From Somniosus microcephalus (taxonomy: Eukaryota), in NCBI GenBank assembly GCA_052327205.1, contig CM126209.1:33914001-33978000 (forward strand): a stretch of 64,000 nucleotides of DNA, in the 5' to 3' direction. This document shows positions 25,701-38,737 of this stretch, piece after piece (within the stretch, counting starts at the first letter, position 1; each line of letters begins with the position of its first letter). A program made the translations under genes and the position numbers. The notes beneath the pieces are model-generated. The model was not told the DNA's origin. It did not search any database and saw only the letters and a program-made list of their open reading frames with translations.

Positions 25701-26961
25701 GACCCGAAATGACCCTACACTGTCTCGGGTATATGATTTGACGGTGAAGGGATGGCCAGCACATGGCGACTCACTGTTGCCAGCATTCTCATCCAGAAGA
25801 GAACAGCTGTCAGTATGCCAGGGGACCTTGATGTGTGGATCCCGAGTGGTAATTCCACCCAAGTTAAGGGAGAGAGTGCTCAATGAGCTTCACGAAGGTC
25901 ATCTGGGAGGGGTGAAAATGAAAAGCCTTGCTAGGGCTTATGTGCGGTGGCCGGGGAATCGATCAGCAAATCGAGGACCTGACAAAGAGCTGTTCAGGAT
26001 GCCAGAAAGTCCAAAATGCACCACCACATGTCCCTCTACACCCATGGGAGTGGCCCTCATCTCCATGGCAACAGGTGCATATTGATTTTGCTGGTCCATT
26101 CATGGACTCAATGTTTTTAATAGCCGTGGATGCGCACTCGAAATGGCCTGAGGTGATCAAAATGTCCTCCACCACCACGGAGAAAACTATTGCAGTCCTA
26201 CGGACCATTTTTGCCAGGAACGGCTTGCCAGAGCAGATTTGCTCCGATAACGGACCACAGTTTGTGTCCGAAGAGTTTCGAAGATTTATGAAAAGGAATG
26301 GGGTACGGCATTACACATCCGCCCCGTATCATCGAGCCACAAATGGATTGGCTGAGAGGTTCGTACAAACCTTTAAAAAAGCAGTAAAGGCCATGTGCGA
26401 TGACGACATTCCACTGCAGCATAAGGTGGACAATTTCCTGTTAGCCTGCAGAAATGCGACACATGCAGTCACCAACCAGGCCCCGGCCATGATGTTCTTT
26501 AACCGAAGGTTGAGATCTCGTCTGGATTTGCTCAGACCAAATGTACGAAGAGATGTTGAGAGTAAGCAATTCCAGCACATCAATGAGAAGCCAACAAGGA
26601 GCTTCAATGTAGGGCAACCAGTCTTGGCCCGCGACTACCGAACAGAGAAATGGCAACCAGGAACGATATGCACACGGCAGGGGCCACTAATGTACACAGT
26701 GGATGTGGGGAGAACATTGTGAGACGCCATGCTGACCAGATCCTAGAGTCACAGGAGCGAGTCAACCCCATGTCTCGGCCATACGTACCTGGTGAGGAAC
26801 CCGACGTACAGGTCGCATCTACCTCAGAAACAATAGCATTGGAAGCTGATGAATCAACTGACGACAGGGTGCTAGAATCGCCACCGCACCAAGAGCAAGA
26901 CACTCGGGAAAGGCGTTATCCAGAAAGAATCAGGAAGCCTCCCCAGGGACTGAATGTATGA
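22763..26961 (+). pseudogene. Gypsy gag-pol polyprotein, disrupted
   Basis: Gag (WTTYVERIE, LRDKFVCG), two CCHC knuckles near 23338-23440, protease MELDTGS, RT YLDD at 24548-24559, RNase H (ASPYGIGAVL, NYAQIDREAL), integrase (LHEGHLG, HIDFAGP, SDNGPQF, NGLAER). Broken by frameshifts, stops and a solo-LTR insertion. Confidence 0.93.
24714..24949 (+). mobile_element. Solo LTR of a different LTR family nested in the Gypsy RT
   Basis: TG...CA ends (tgtggtaaacc...gcgcatca), TATAAA and AATAAA inside, 5-bp TSD agggg (24709-24713, 24950-24954); removing it restores MDEEGLHKSPEKIEAV. Confidence 0.92.
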
Positions 26962-27051
26962 ATGGACTATTTTCATACATAACATTGTATATTAAAAATG
27001 TTAATTGTTAAATGAGTATTATGGTACTGTTAATCTAAAAAGGGGAGGAAT

Positions 27052-27275
27052 TGTAATGTATGTAATGTATATATACCTTAAGGGAGAGAACTACTTTTTA
27101 CAGCTCCTGTATACTGTAGTACCGGCAGTGACCACACCTGTATATAAACCCTGAGTAGTGATCTGTAGAGTTAGTTCTAGAGTAACCCTCATTCAGTAAA
27201 CACCTGTTGAATCGTTCCCTGCAGTCTGTTGTCTGATTATTGAAGGACACAACATTAAGATACACGGATATAACA
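27052..27275 (+). repeat. 3' LTR
   Basis: TG...CA, preceded by the polypurine tract 27037-27050, followed by ATTAC. Confidence 0.95.
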
Positions 27276-27550
27276 ATTACCACTGCCGAGACCCAAACAT
27301 CAACATCCTGGTGGAGGGTCACCATTAACCAGAAACTCAACTGGACCAGCAACATAAATGTTGTGGCTACTAGAGCAGGCTAGAGGCTGGGTATTCTGCA
27401 GTGAGTGGCTCACCTCCTGACTTCAAAGCCTCCTCGCCACCTACAAAGTACAAGTCAGGAGTGTGATGGGAACACTCTCCACTTGCCTAGATGGGTGCAG
27501 CTGCAACAACACTCAAGAAGCATTGACATCATCCAGGACAAAGCAGTCAT
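27276..27550 (+). mobile_element. CR1-like LINE, 3' continuation after the Gypsy insertion
   Basis: attaccactgcc...atcaacatcctgg...accattaaccagaaactcaactggaccagc continues the element broken at 21848. Confidence 0.8.
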
Positions 27551-28113
27551 GAATGATTAAAAAGTATCATATTTCGCCCCCCATCTCCGTCTTCCATTTG
27601 CATTAGAAAAGAATGGACCGAACTGCCCCACAATAGTCAAATGTGTCAAGACCAACACACATTTTCACTTCAAAAGGACCCTACACGGTCTTTCCTCCGC
27701 AGCAATGCCGATACCCTGGCCAGCAGAAAAAAATCTGCTCGGGATAAGACTAGACATTATAACAAACCATGGTAGAGGCATACCATGTCCCCATCCAACA
27801 AATGCAGCTGAAGTACCATAGGAATGAGGTAAAGATTTACAGATAACCTAAGCGAGGCACTGCTCAACAGCCCCAAGTCTTGGGACTGTTCAAACCCCTA
27901 ACTGAGTGCGAGTACCTGCTCTCCTTGCCCACCAGCTGACAAAGTCACGTGCCACTGGTTTAAATGACTTTTATGCCAATGAACAATGACTTCACGACAC
28001 AAGACACAATGCAACAAGAACTTACGAGAAACAGTAGTACGGATACAGTAAACTGCCTCCATCTGCGGTACGCTGCGGGGTCAGCAAATAAAATTGCTAC
28101 ACCGCAACTGGAG

Positions 28114-28746
28114 TGGTATGTTGGCCTTCGTAGCGAGAGGGTTTGAGTACAGGAGCTAGGATGTCTTGCTGCAGTTGTACAGGGCCTTGGTGAGACCACA
28201 TCTTGAGTATTGTGTGCAGTTTTGGTCGCCTTATCTGAGGAAGGATGTTCTTGTCATGGAAGGAGTGCAGCGAAGATTCACCAGGCTGATACCTGGGATG
28301 GCAGGAATGACGTATGAGGAGAGATTGGGTCGATTGGGGTTTAGAAGAATGAGAGGGGATCTCATTGAAACTTATAAAATTCTAACAGGACTAGACAGAC
28401 TAGATGCAGGAAGGATGTTCCCGATGGTCGGGGAGTCCAGAACCAGGGGTCACAGTCTAAGGATAAGGGGTAAGCCATTTAGGACTGAGATGAGGAGGAA
28501 TTTCTTCACCCAGGGAGTGGTGAACCTGTGGAATTCTCTACCAAAGGCGGCAGTGGAGGCCAATTCATTAAATATATTCAAGAAGGAGTTAGATATATTT
28601 CTTAAGGCTAACGGGATCAAGGGATATGGAGAGAAGGCAGGAACAGGGTACTGAATTTGGATGATCAGCCATGATCTCATTGAATGGCGGAGCAGGCTTG
28701 AGCGGCCGAATGGCCTACTCCTGCTCCTATCTTTTATGTTTCTATG
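28114..28746 (+). mobile_element. CR1 LINE 3' end with open C-terminal ORF2 fragment
   Basis: LQLYRALVRPHLEYCVQFWSPY...RMRGDLIETYKI...RTEMRRNFFTQGVVNLWNSLP; ends gccgaatggcctactcctgctcctatcttttatgtttctatg. Confidence 0.95.
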
Positions 28747-31700
28747 AACCAGTGCTGCAGAACGCTGATGGAAACATAGGACAGCGGGCAATGTATTTTA
28801 CAAATAGCCATTTGGAGAAAAGAATTTTTTTTTTTTTAAATCCCTTCCCAAAGTGGAACTGCATCCCAAATACTGCCTACTCTGTCTATTTCTAAACGTC
28901 CCACTAGATTCCCCAGGTAAGCAGGCTGTTCCCTTCTTTTTGTGACCCTGCCCCCAGCTGTATCCCCTCTGCACAGACACCCTTGGCTCAGAACCTCTGC
29001 TGTGCAAAAAATAATCAAAACTTCACTGGATAATCAAAACTTCACTGGATAATAGTCCAGATTATTTTTTTTTATTTATTTGTTTCCTATATTCGACCTA
29101 CACGACTGGCGCAGTTATATCACAACACCTACAAGAGGATATCAGTTCCCCGGTAGAGGCTCCATTCGTCACACTGCAGTCGGTTTACTTTACCTCAAGA
29201 ACCAGCAGATAATGCAAGAAGCATTGTGATGTGCGTGTGGCATACTGTAACCAGGTAAAGTCCATACAGGCTGAGAGACCGAGCCCGCTGGTGGCAGAGA
29301 ACGCGTCCTACAACGCTAATCCTATTTGAGTTGCTGTCTGGAGTGGTGCCGATGCAATGCACCTCTACTGATGGTGCACAGACCCTGCAGATGACTTTAC
29401 CGAGCTGGTGTTGATCAGCACCTGCGCGGTAGACACAGTACAGCTTCCAATCTATATGGCTACACATCCTAGATTAAGTTCGTGGCCAAGCGATGAAGGA
29501 GCTGGAATAAACCACAGGGACCAGCTGAAACCACCCACTGTGGAACCAAAATAAGCCAATGACAAAACCAAACAGATACAATTAAAAGGGGAAATCTAGT
29601 CAAAACAGTGGATGGCAAAAGAAACAGATCATATTCGCAACTACAAACTAAAAAAGAAAACATCCTCAGGTTCATGCCAATGAGAACCACATAAAGAACC
29701 ACATACAGCACAACACAAATGAAGTGAGGATTGCCTGGTGCGGATGACTAACCCAGTATGCTGCTGTAACATAGTACAATCTTGCTCGCACTAAAGTAAC
29801 TGAAATATACAGCTAACCTAAAAAAAAACATCTTTAAGAAAAAATGAAAGGGAAAGATCGCCTGTGTGCTCCATGCAATAAACGTGTTTATAAATACATC
29901 TATAATTTGTTACATGTAATGCAGAAAGAAACTTTTTCCCTGAAATCTATATCAAATAACAACCTGAATCCTGTTCCCTTTCATTCAATCCTAATCAAAC
30001 ACCTCTTAAATAACTTGCTGAATTCAGCTCATATTTTAGGAAATACTTTCTTACACGGGCTATTTTTTGTCCTCGATTTAAGAGGCTCTGATAAAGTAAA
30101 TCACAACAGTATGTCAAAACTGCAATTAAATTGGGCTATAACTTTAAAAAAAACTGCAACCATGTGGTTTTACTTTTATCATTCGGATTAGCGGGGGTTG
30201 GGGTGGAGAAAATTAATTCTTTCTAGAAACGAATCTGAACTCAAGACCAGCTGAGTTTGGTGTCCAACAAGGTTCAATTATTGGACTTTATCCCTCCTGT
30301 CTCCATTGCATAGTGAAAATCTGCCTGATACATACAGGTGTGCAAGCACGAACCTCAGGTGTGTTAGTATTGCATACATGAATTATCAGTTCTATTGCAT
30401 TGGCACTGCTGACTAAAGACCAAGAACAGTGGTCATTTAGCTTTATTGTAGTCACTTAACATTATTTTTTTACAATCACAATTCAGTACTGAACACTGAT
30501 AAGCAAACTGTAAGTTATGTGCTCCTCCCAAAAAGCAGCAAAATTATTTGGGTAAATAGTGAGTCAGAGCTCTGCACACCTCCAAGTTATGGGTGGAGGC
30601 ACCTGAACTTTGGCTCATACTGTGCAACTAGATTTCAGTTTCATTAACCATTTTTTTTTTAGTTTTGGGCTCATCACGGTGATGATGTCAGTGCTAAAGA
30701 TTGCAACACTAACTGCTCTTTTGCTGCTATGAATTCAGTCAAAAATGAAGGAATGAAAAAATCTCTAAGGGAAGCAGCAAATGATTTTGGGTAGCCTCAT
30801 CTTTGGGGATTGTGCCCACAATGCAAAGCTGACCATAATTTCAGTCTCACGTAGAAAAGACTAAAAGGCTGGCTGATGAAAATAGCAGGTCCAGCAGGGC
30901 TCTAGGGTTGGACTAAGGCACGTTGTTGGAGCAGAGTGAAGCAAGCTAGTGTAATAGCTGCCATCTCAGTGCCTGAAGCCAACAATGGGTGCCAAAGGTG
31001 TCAAGCTTGCCCTCCCCTCTCATCAACCCCAACCTGCCACGAGCACAGTACTGAAAGGACTAAATACAGAATAAAACCCCCACATAAAACTGAAACAGTA
31101 ACAGATACCAGGGATCTATTTCAAGGTTGTAATCAGAGCTTGGTGTACAGATGGATGGTTAGAAGCTACTTGAGTTTGCTGTCATGGTGTGGGATTTACT
31201 GCAGTTCACAGGTTCCAATTTTAATCAAAATAATTTCCCTCCATTTCCAATTTCAGTTTCTTCCTTTAGTTTCCCCACTTTGATTTCCCTTCACTCCATT
31301 TCTCCATTTCCTTCTTCAGATCTTCCAGATCAGGTGAATGCAGATACAGTTGCCTCCAGACAGCACTGCTTACCTCATAAGCATAATTTCAATCAAAATA
31401 TTTTCATGGCCAGAGGAGAGATAATTGTTGACATATGGCATCAATATGAAAACTAAAGCTAAAACTTGTGGTGCTGAAATACATCACGGAGATCACTGCT
31501 AGAGCCACATTCCCCGTCTTTCACATTGCATTTGAAAAGAATCCCAATTTAAAAACAAAATCCTATTTGGCCTGAGAGATGGAGATGTAAAGTTTGTTGT
31601 AACAAAGTGTGCAGCTTACAGTTGACATTGGGACTTGGTCATCTGAATTTGACTCATCTTGCATTCAAATAAAAGACCCCTCTCCCAAGTAAAATATAAC

Positions 31701-32746
31701 CAACCCAGCTTCATTTTGAACCACATTTTTATTAAGCAAACTTTACCAACTATCCAACTACTGTACAAAAGTGGAATATCAAAATTTCTTTAGAATATTT
31801 TGAGTTACCTTGGGAATATTTAAAAAACGTAAAGCACATTTATAACTAACTTAGCAAAATATTTGGGGGTACACTTGGACACCCTCATTAAACTTTATTG
31901 TGCCCTTTTTACATTCCCTTTGGGATCTGGAAAGAATTCAATTGCATCCCAGGTCATCCAGAGTCAGCTTGTACAATTCTTGCCATTTTACTGACTGCAA
32001 AATGAGAAGCTTCTTGCAGCACACACGGGTCAGCGGAACGCCGCAGCAACATCATTACTCTGCAACTCTCTGAAAATTGGCATGTTGTCGTGTTGATTTC
32101 ATAATGTCGGACGTGCTTGTCAAAGAATGTGTGGAGGGGAGGGGGGAAATGTGTGCTGAAACCAGCTTGTTTCACTAACCAACAGCAGGCCAACCCTCTA
32201 GCACTCTTTGTAATAGACTTGGATGCTGCATGCACTGTCAATTGGAAACCAAATTGCATGAGAAATGTATAAAGCGTGTTTGTTTGCCAGCTAGCCACGG
32301 GATAGAGCATAAACTAATGCTAACTATACGGTCAACTGCAAACAAGTTCCACAGTATTCAAAGTAATCAGATTTCATTCGAATTATAAAATAAATTGGTA
32401 CAGTTCCAAATGCTTTAAACTACATCTTTCAGTCAACTAATTTTAAAATCTATCGCTGGGACTTTCCTTGGGGCTTCTCCTAGTCTGCCGTAACTTTGAC
32501 GGAAGGTTTGGTGGAAGCTCCATTTACATGCGGAAACAAGGTTTCTGCTAAATTGGTATCGCTGGAATGGGAGTAGTCTTGAGGAAATTCCCGGTGTATG
32601 CATATGGTGCTGTACTCCTACATGGCTGTGCAGCCTTTGCTCCACGTCCTTGCTATACTATCATTTATACACTAGGAGTGTGAATTTGATGCAAAATCCT
32701 ACTTGGGCTCCGCTGTTCTGCCTCCATTAGAGCAGTCAGCTAACTA

Positions 32747-33081
32747 CAGGAAACTTTGGTTTATCCGGAGGTTAACTGTCCGGAATGTTCGAGCCACCGG
32801 CAAAAATCAGGAGCCGTTTTGTTAGGTTTTTTTTCTTTTCGTTGCTTTTTTTTTCCACCAGTCCGGCTCTGCAAGGTCTCGCTGAAGCTGTTGCTAAGCT
32901 ACAGAGATGCTTGCAAGGTACGGCCGACTGTTTAGAAGCTGTTGCTAAGCAACAGGGTTTGTTGCCAGATACGGAGCTCAAAATCTCCGTATGTTCCAAC
33001 GTTAGCGCTGGTTTGTCCGGCAGTTTTGATGGGACAGCAACAGCTCGGTCCCGTCGGTGCCGGATAGCACAAAGTTTCCTG
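32747..33081. mobile_element. 335-bp Tc1/mariner-superfamily (Tigger/pogo-like) MITE
   Basis: TIRs CAGGAAACTTTGgtttATCCGG / CCGGATagcaCAAAGTTTCCTG, flanked by TA on both sides (32745-32746, 33082-33083); CpG-rich interior, no transposase. Confidence 0.88.
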
Positions 33082-33289
33082 TAGGTGGCTCAAGTAGTGG
33101 CATGGTACCTTCATGAAAACAGCTGAAAGTGGCACTGTGCTCCAGAAACTAATGCCCATGAAAACACTGCAACTTACACTGAAATCAATCTACTTCTTTG
33201 CATGATTCCGACATTCCCCCCTCACCTCCCATCCCAGATGAATAACTCATGCAGGTCAGTAGATAAGTAAATAGAATAAAATGCAGGCA

Positions 33290-33850
33290 TGGCCAGATGA
33301 AAATAGGGTCTGCATAATGCCGCTGGTGCAAGCAAATCCTATGTACCTTGTTCAGACCACATCTGGAAGTTATACGTGCATTTCTGTTCAGCATGAAATA
33401 AGAAGGGGAGGTGGGCACGAGGCCCCACAGGCAGCCAGGGTGCAAGCAAATGAGGTTGATCCCAGGCATCAGAGGGAAGAGCTATGAGGAACAACTTCAT
33501 AATTTAGGGCTATTCAACTTTGTAAAGCAAGCATCTCACAAGGAACCCAAGATACTTAATAGAAGAGCGAAAGTGAGCCTGGAACAACAATTTCAAGTGC
33601 ACCAAGGTGGCAGGAACAGTGAGTACAAGTGTTTTGCTGTGAAGGGCAAATTTAGGACAGGCATCAGGAAGTATTTCTTTACACAGATGGCAATCAACAG
33701 CTGGGATGGGTTACCAGGAAAGGTGATGGAGGCCAAGATACGGCACTCATTTCATAAACAATTAGACACTGGGACAGGATAGCGATAGGGTTGGCATTCT
33801 AGAAGGATGAGATCAAGTGTGACTATGGCCATTTTTGTTCAAACTTATCC
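33290..33850 (+). mobile_element. Old CR1 LINE 3' fragment
   Basis: RLIPGIRGKSYEEQLHNLGLF...KGKFRTGIRKYFFTQMAINSWDGLP. Confidence 0.8.
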
Positions 33851-36560
33851 TGCAGTTATTTACAACAGCACCTTTAACATAACAGGGCTATATTTCATTT
33901 TGAATATTATTAGATTGTCACTATTAAAAGTGTGTGCCAAAAATGATTTGGTGCGAATGGCCCAATGACTTCAAGTGATAACCTGTCAGCCATGTGTGGG
34001 ATTCATATTGGTATAAAGAAATGAGCAGATTAACCCATAGGCTACATATCCCCAATCTACAGGAATCATAAGCATGATGACGTGAGGTACTTTTATAGTA
34101 GTGACAGGGCTCTGTGAGAGCACTGTTCATGTGGGGACCCATGCCATCTGAGCAACCTTTTTTAAAAATCGTATCTATGTTCAGTAGTCCGTGTTGGAGG
34201 GCTAATAGGAAGAGGTGCAGAATCTGCCTCCATGTCTGGAGCAGCATGCGGGAGTGCCATGTGCTTGCCACCAACAGTACACAAAACAATATAAATAGTG
34301 GAGCCACTACATTTCTCTTAGCTGGATTTAAAGATGTGTAGCATCAGTGTAAACACTGAGCATCTTGAATGAGTACATAACATGGGTTGGAGCCACTCTA
34401 GCTCTAAGCAATACACAAGGCCATCAGAGAAAAATAAAAAGGATCAGCTATACTAGTAACCTATTGTCCATTTCAATAGTACTGAACCTTCTGCGGGGTT
34501 ACAGGGTCATCATAGTTATGGTCACCGGCACGTTATAACACACTCTGGAGCTTAGGTTATTTCTTAATATCTGCAGCAGTCACATGACCATCATTAATCC
34601 TCCAGTCCTGAGCATCGTCAAGTGTTACGGAGCACACGGTTGCCTGGCATCAGCACTACCAACCATCGCCAGGATAAGACCTCCAAAAGTAAAACTGAAC
34701 AGAATAAAGACTAGCCCTACGGAGTGAATCCAAGATAGCAATCTCTTATTCATACAGGCCTTGCTCATGGTTTAGGGCATCATCTGAACAACTCAATGAG
34801 ATGTGATTACGACATGCTGAGTCACTCATTATTTGTTATATGATAGAAGCCTACATTTCCAACTCAATCTGTGTATTGCCCCCGTTAAAATGTCCTTGAT
34901 ATATTCTTCAGCTATAAAACCAAATTCCAATGTGCATAAAATGATTGAGTTTGCAAAAGGTATTTATTACTTTTTGCTGTAAAACATTTACAAGAGTAAT
35001 TAAGGGTGCACATCATTTTATGTGCAGCTGGTACTTTTATGCAAGTTATTTGCTGTGTGTATATTAAATTGTCCTGTGTTTGTTTTTACTATTAGTACTG
35101 TGTCTTTTTCGGATCTTGCCAACAGGGACTTATGCTTGACATGCCTCATGGTTGGTTAAGTGAGTTAGCCTATATAAATACAGTATTAGGAACAAAGAGA
35201 ACAGTTCGTAACAGGAATTTCTGCACCAACTCCAGGCCCATGAAATGGGTTACACTGATGATCACGGCAAAATGGCTTAAACCAATTGGTTTCCTATTCA
35301 TTCTAAAAGGCAATTGGGGCCATTAATTTAAAACATAACTGTTACAACTTCCAGTCTTTAAAGTAAAAGCCAGGCAAAATAATTAGAGCTTCTAAAGAGA
35401 GCTACTGTTCAGAAATGGGTTCATAATTCAGCTTCCCATTATTCTGAAAAAGAAAGGGACTCTTGTAAATTTAAGTACCCTAGTGAGATTACCGATGTGT
35501 AGCAGCCATGGTCCATCTAGGTAATAAGAATCTCCAGGATATATTCTTGTAAGGTACCTCAAGATGGTAGCCTCTTATTTCCATACAAAAAACTAGTAAT
35601 GTTTTTTCCAAGCTCCAAACCAACAATATTGTAACGCTTATGACGAGCATCATACCCATGCAGCCCTACAGTTGTGACAGTTGTACATTAATCTTACTGA
35701 ATGCACTCAGCTGCCAGTGGGGTCAAGCTTGAGAGGTTTCCAGTCAGCCTGACCTTCAATACCGTTCACTCCTCCCTCTAAACCTACTCAGCTACCTTAC
35801 CAAGAACCCGCTGCCATTCAAGTATCATCTTGCTGTAACAAATTACACCAGGGCAGGATTACAGAACCTTCCCTTCCCTCCTAGAGAGCAGGGAAATAAA
35901 CATTCCCTCCCAGGATTTATCACCAGTTGTTTCTCAATCAGTAATCCTCTGGTTGCCATTTCCACAGAATAGGCTACGAGGCTTGCTTGCATCAGTACTC
36001 TCGCCCTTCCCCCAATCAAAAGTAAGCTGAATGTCTTAATTGTCTATTATGAAGTGAAAGACAAGGGTTTTCCTCTCGAATCCTCACACAATGCTGGACT
36101 ATCTCCACACACTTGTCTATCTGACAGCAGGCTAGGAGAGCCTAATCCTGCAAATTCGGGAAGGAAGAATGTCCCCTAAAGCCACTCATTCAGCTGATTT
36201 GTCAAATCTCCCAGGGATATATGGCTGGGTATCACCTCTTCACTGCCAAATGATGTGGACTGCTAAAGACTTTGAACCACGCAGCCATTGGTGCAATTGC
36301 TTACAAAGAACATAGAGAGGCCAAGTAAAGCAAATTCTGTGTTGCTAAGGTCTTCCACTGGCAAGGAGGATTTAACCAAACATTAACCCTTCCCCTTCAT
36401 AGCAGCAACAATACACTCACTGCACAACAATCAAGGGCAAAGATTGCAAGACCACAGATTTCCACTGGAAAAGAATGCAGTTATACATTTGAGATATAGA
36501 TAACGCACTTCTTGGGAGTCCTGAAAACCAGCATTGCAAATATTCTCATAATAACATCTT

Positions 36561-36600
36561 CCAGCTCTGATGAAAGGTCATCGACCTGAAACTTTAACTC
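36561..36600 (+). ncRNA. Minimal type-I hammerhead ribozyme motif (Penelope-derived), degenerate at stem III
   Basis: ccagct CTGATGA a AGGTC atc GACCT GAAAC tttaactc, followed by a Penelope-tail remnant (tgtttctctc...acctgctga). Confidence 0.7.
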
Positions 36601-37055
36601 TGTTTCTCTCCTAACCTGCTGATTGTTCTTTCCCAGAAAATGCTGGAAACAATGAGGACTGTAAAGAGGGGAGGGTGGAAAGAGTCTAACCAGAAACACA
36701 ATTCTAATGCCTAGAGACACAATTTACACGTAGTAGTGAATACAATTAAAAAAGTTAGTCAAGATGTTTCCAAATATACATATATTTTCAAAGGGATCAA
36801 AAACATTATTCACACCTACACATTTTCAATACAGACTGGAATGGGATTTTACTATTTACTTGGGAATGGTCAGATGTATTTACCTAAAATGAAGGCTTTG
36901 GTCTCCAATTAAATAGCTGTCCAATCCAGGAATTAAATACTACAAGCGCATGTTGAGCAACATGTCCTCACTACATGCTCCATCTGCCAATGTTTGCCAA
37001 AGTGAACTGGACCAATTCAGATTCAATCTAGATTATAACTTTTAAAAGTAGAGTA

Positions 37056-37813
37056 CCTCTTCACCTCCCCCCACTCACAGTCCGCAGCCAGCAGCTCCCA
37101 AATTGCCCACCACGCACCAGGTGCAACCTCTCCACACTCAGAGTCACCCCCCCCCCCCCACTGTTTGCTAACCTCAACCCCGACTGTAAGCCCATCGCCA
37201 CAAAGAGCAGGCGATACAGTGCCGGGGACAGGGTTTTCATTAAAACCGAAGTGGAGCGGCTCCTGAAGGAAGGGATTATTGAGGGCAGCACCAGCCCCTG
37301 GCGAGCCCAGGTTGTGGTCGTTAAGACCGGCGAGAAGCAGCGCCTGGTCATCGACTACAGCCAGACAATAAATCGCTACACCCTGCTGGACGCTTACCCA
37401 CTCCCCCGCATAGCTGATATGGTCAACCAGATCGCGCAGTACCGCGTCTTCTCGACCATTGACCTGAAATCAGCGTACCACCAGCTCCCTATCCGCCCTG
37501 AGGACCGCCAGTATACTGCCTTTGAGGCAAACGGCCGCCTCTACCACTTCCTTAGGGTTCCCTTTGGCGTCACCAACGGGGTCTCCGTCTTCCAAAGGGA
37601 GATGGACCGGATGGTAGATCAAAATGCGTTGCAGGCCACTTTCCCATATCTGGACAATGTGACCATCTGCGGCCGTGACTTGCAGGACCATGACGCAAAC
37701 CTCGAAAAATTCCTCCGCACCGCCCAACTCCTGAACCTGACATATAACAAGGAGAAGTGCATATTCCGCACAAACCGCCTCGCCATCCTTGGCTGTGTTG
37801 TGGAACACGGAGT
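37056..37813 (+). mobile_element. Gypsy pol fragment (RT), no LTRs
   Basis: SPWRAQVVVV, IDYSQTIN, DAYPLPRI, IDLKSAYHQ, VPFGVTNG, YLDN; open frame. Confidence 0.93.
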
Positions 37814-38737
37814 AGGTGAAGAGGTCGTTCAGACATTTAATGACCGTGGCACTGGTCATGTCCGGGCAGGGGATGGCGAACGGGAAACGGGAGTACTCAT
37901 CAATAATATTGAGGAAGTACACATTGCGGTCGGAGGAGGGGAGAGGCCCTTTAAAATCAACGCTCAGGCGCGCGAAGCTTTTATCAGGTGGGCCCTGTCT
38001 GGTCTATAAAAGTGCGGTTTGCACTCAGCGCAGACTTGGCAGTTCCTGGTCATGGTCCTGACCTCCTCAATAGAGTAAGGCAGGTTGCGGGCCTTGATGA
38101 AGTGGAAGAACCTGGTGACCCCCGGGTGGCAGAGGTCATTGTGGAGGGCCCGCAGTCTATCGATCTGCGCGCTGGCGCAGGTGCCACGCGATAGCGCATC
38201 CGGGGGTTCATTGAGCTTCCCGGGCCGGTACAAGATCTCATAATTGTAGGTGGAAAGTTTGATTCTCCACCTCAAGATCTTGTCATTTTTGATTTTGCCC
38301 CTCTGCTTGTTGTTAAACATGAAAGCAACTGAACGTTGGTCAGTGAGCAGGGTAAATCGTTTTCCGGCCAGGTAGTGCCTCCAATGACGCACAGCCTCCA
38401 CAATCGCCTGGGCCTCCTTCTCAACAGCGGAGTATCTGGTCTCCGGGCCTTGGAGGGTTCGTGAAAAGAAGGCCACGGGTCTCCCCGCCTGATTGAGGGT
38501 AGTGGCCAGGGCAAAGTCGGACGCGTCGCTTTCCACCTGGAAGGGGATGGATTCGTCCACTGCGTGCATGGTGGCTTTGGCAACGTCTTCCTTGATACGG
38601 TGGAAGGCTAAGCGGGCCTCTGCCGTCAAGGGAAAAGAGGTGGACTTGATCAGCGGATGGGCCTTGTCCGCATAGTAGGGGACCCACTGGGCATAATAGG
38701 AGAAAAACCCTAGGCACCTCTTCAGGACCTTGAGGCA
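37814..38737 (-). mobile_element. Gypsy pol fragment (RNase H and integrase N-half), inverted relative to the RT fragment
   Basis: LGFFSYYAQWVP, VESDASD, YSAVEKEA, TDQRS, DALSR, HNDLCHPG...CQVC, NIIDEYSRFPFA. Confidence 0.93.

Larger units (their letters stand above)
21850..27275 (+). mobile_element. Full-length Ty3/Gypsy LTR retrotransposon, Mag-like (K02A2.6-type polyprotein), inactivated
   Basis: Two LTRs of about 224 bp, PBS TGGCGACGAG, PPT aaaaaggggaggaa, gag-PR-RT-RH-IN order, 5-bp TSD ATTAC (left copy lies inside a micro-inversion). Confidence 0.96.
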
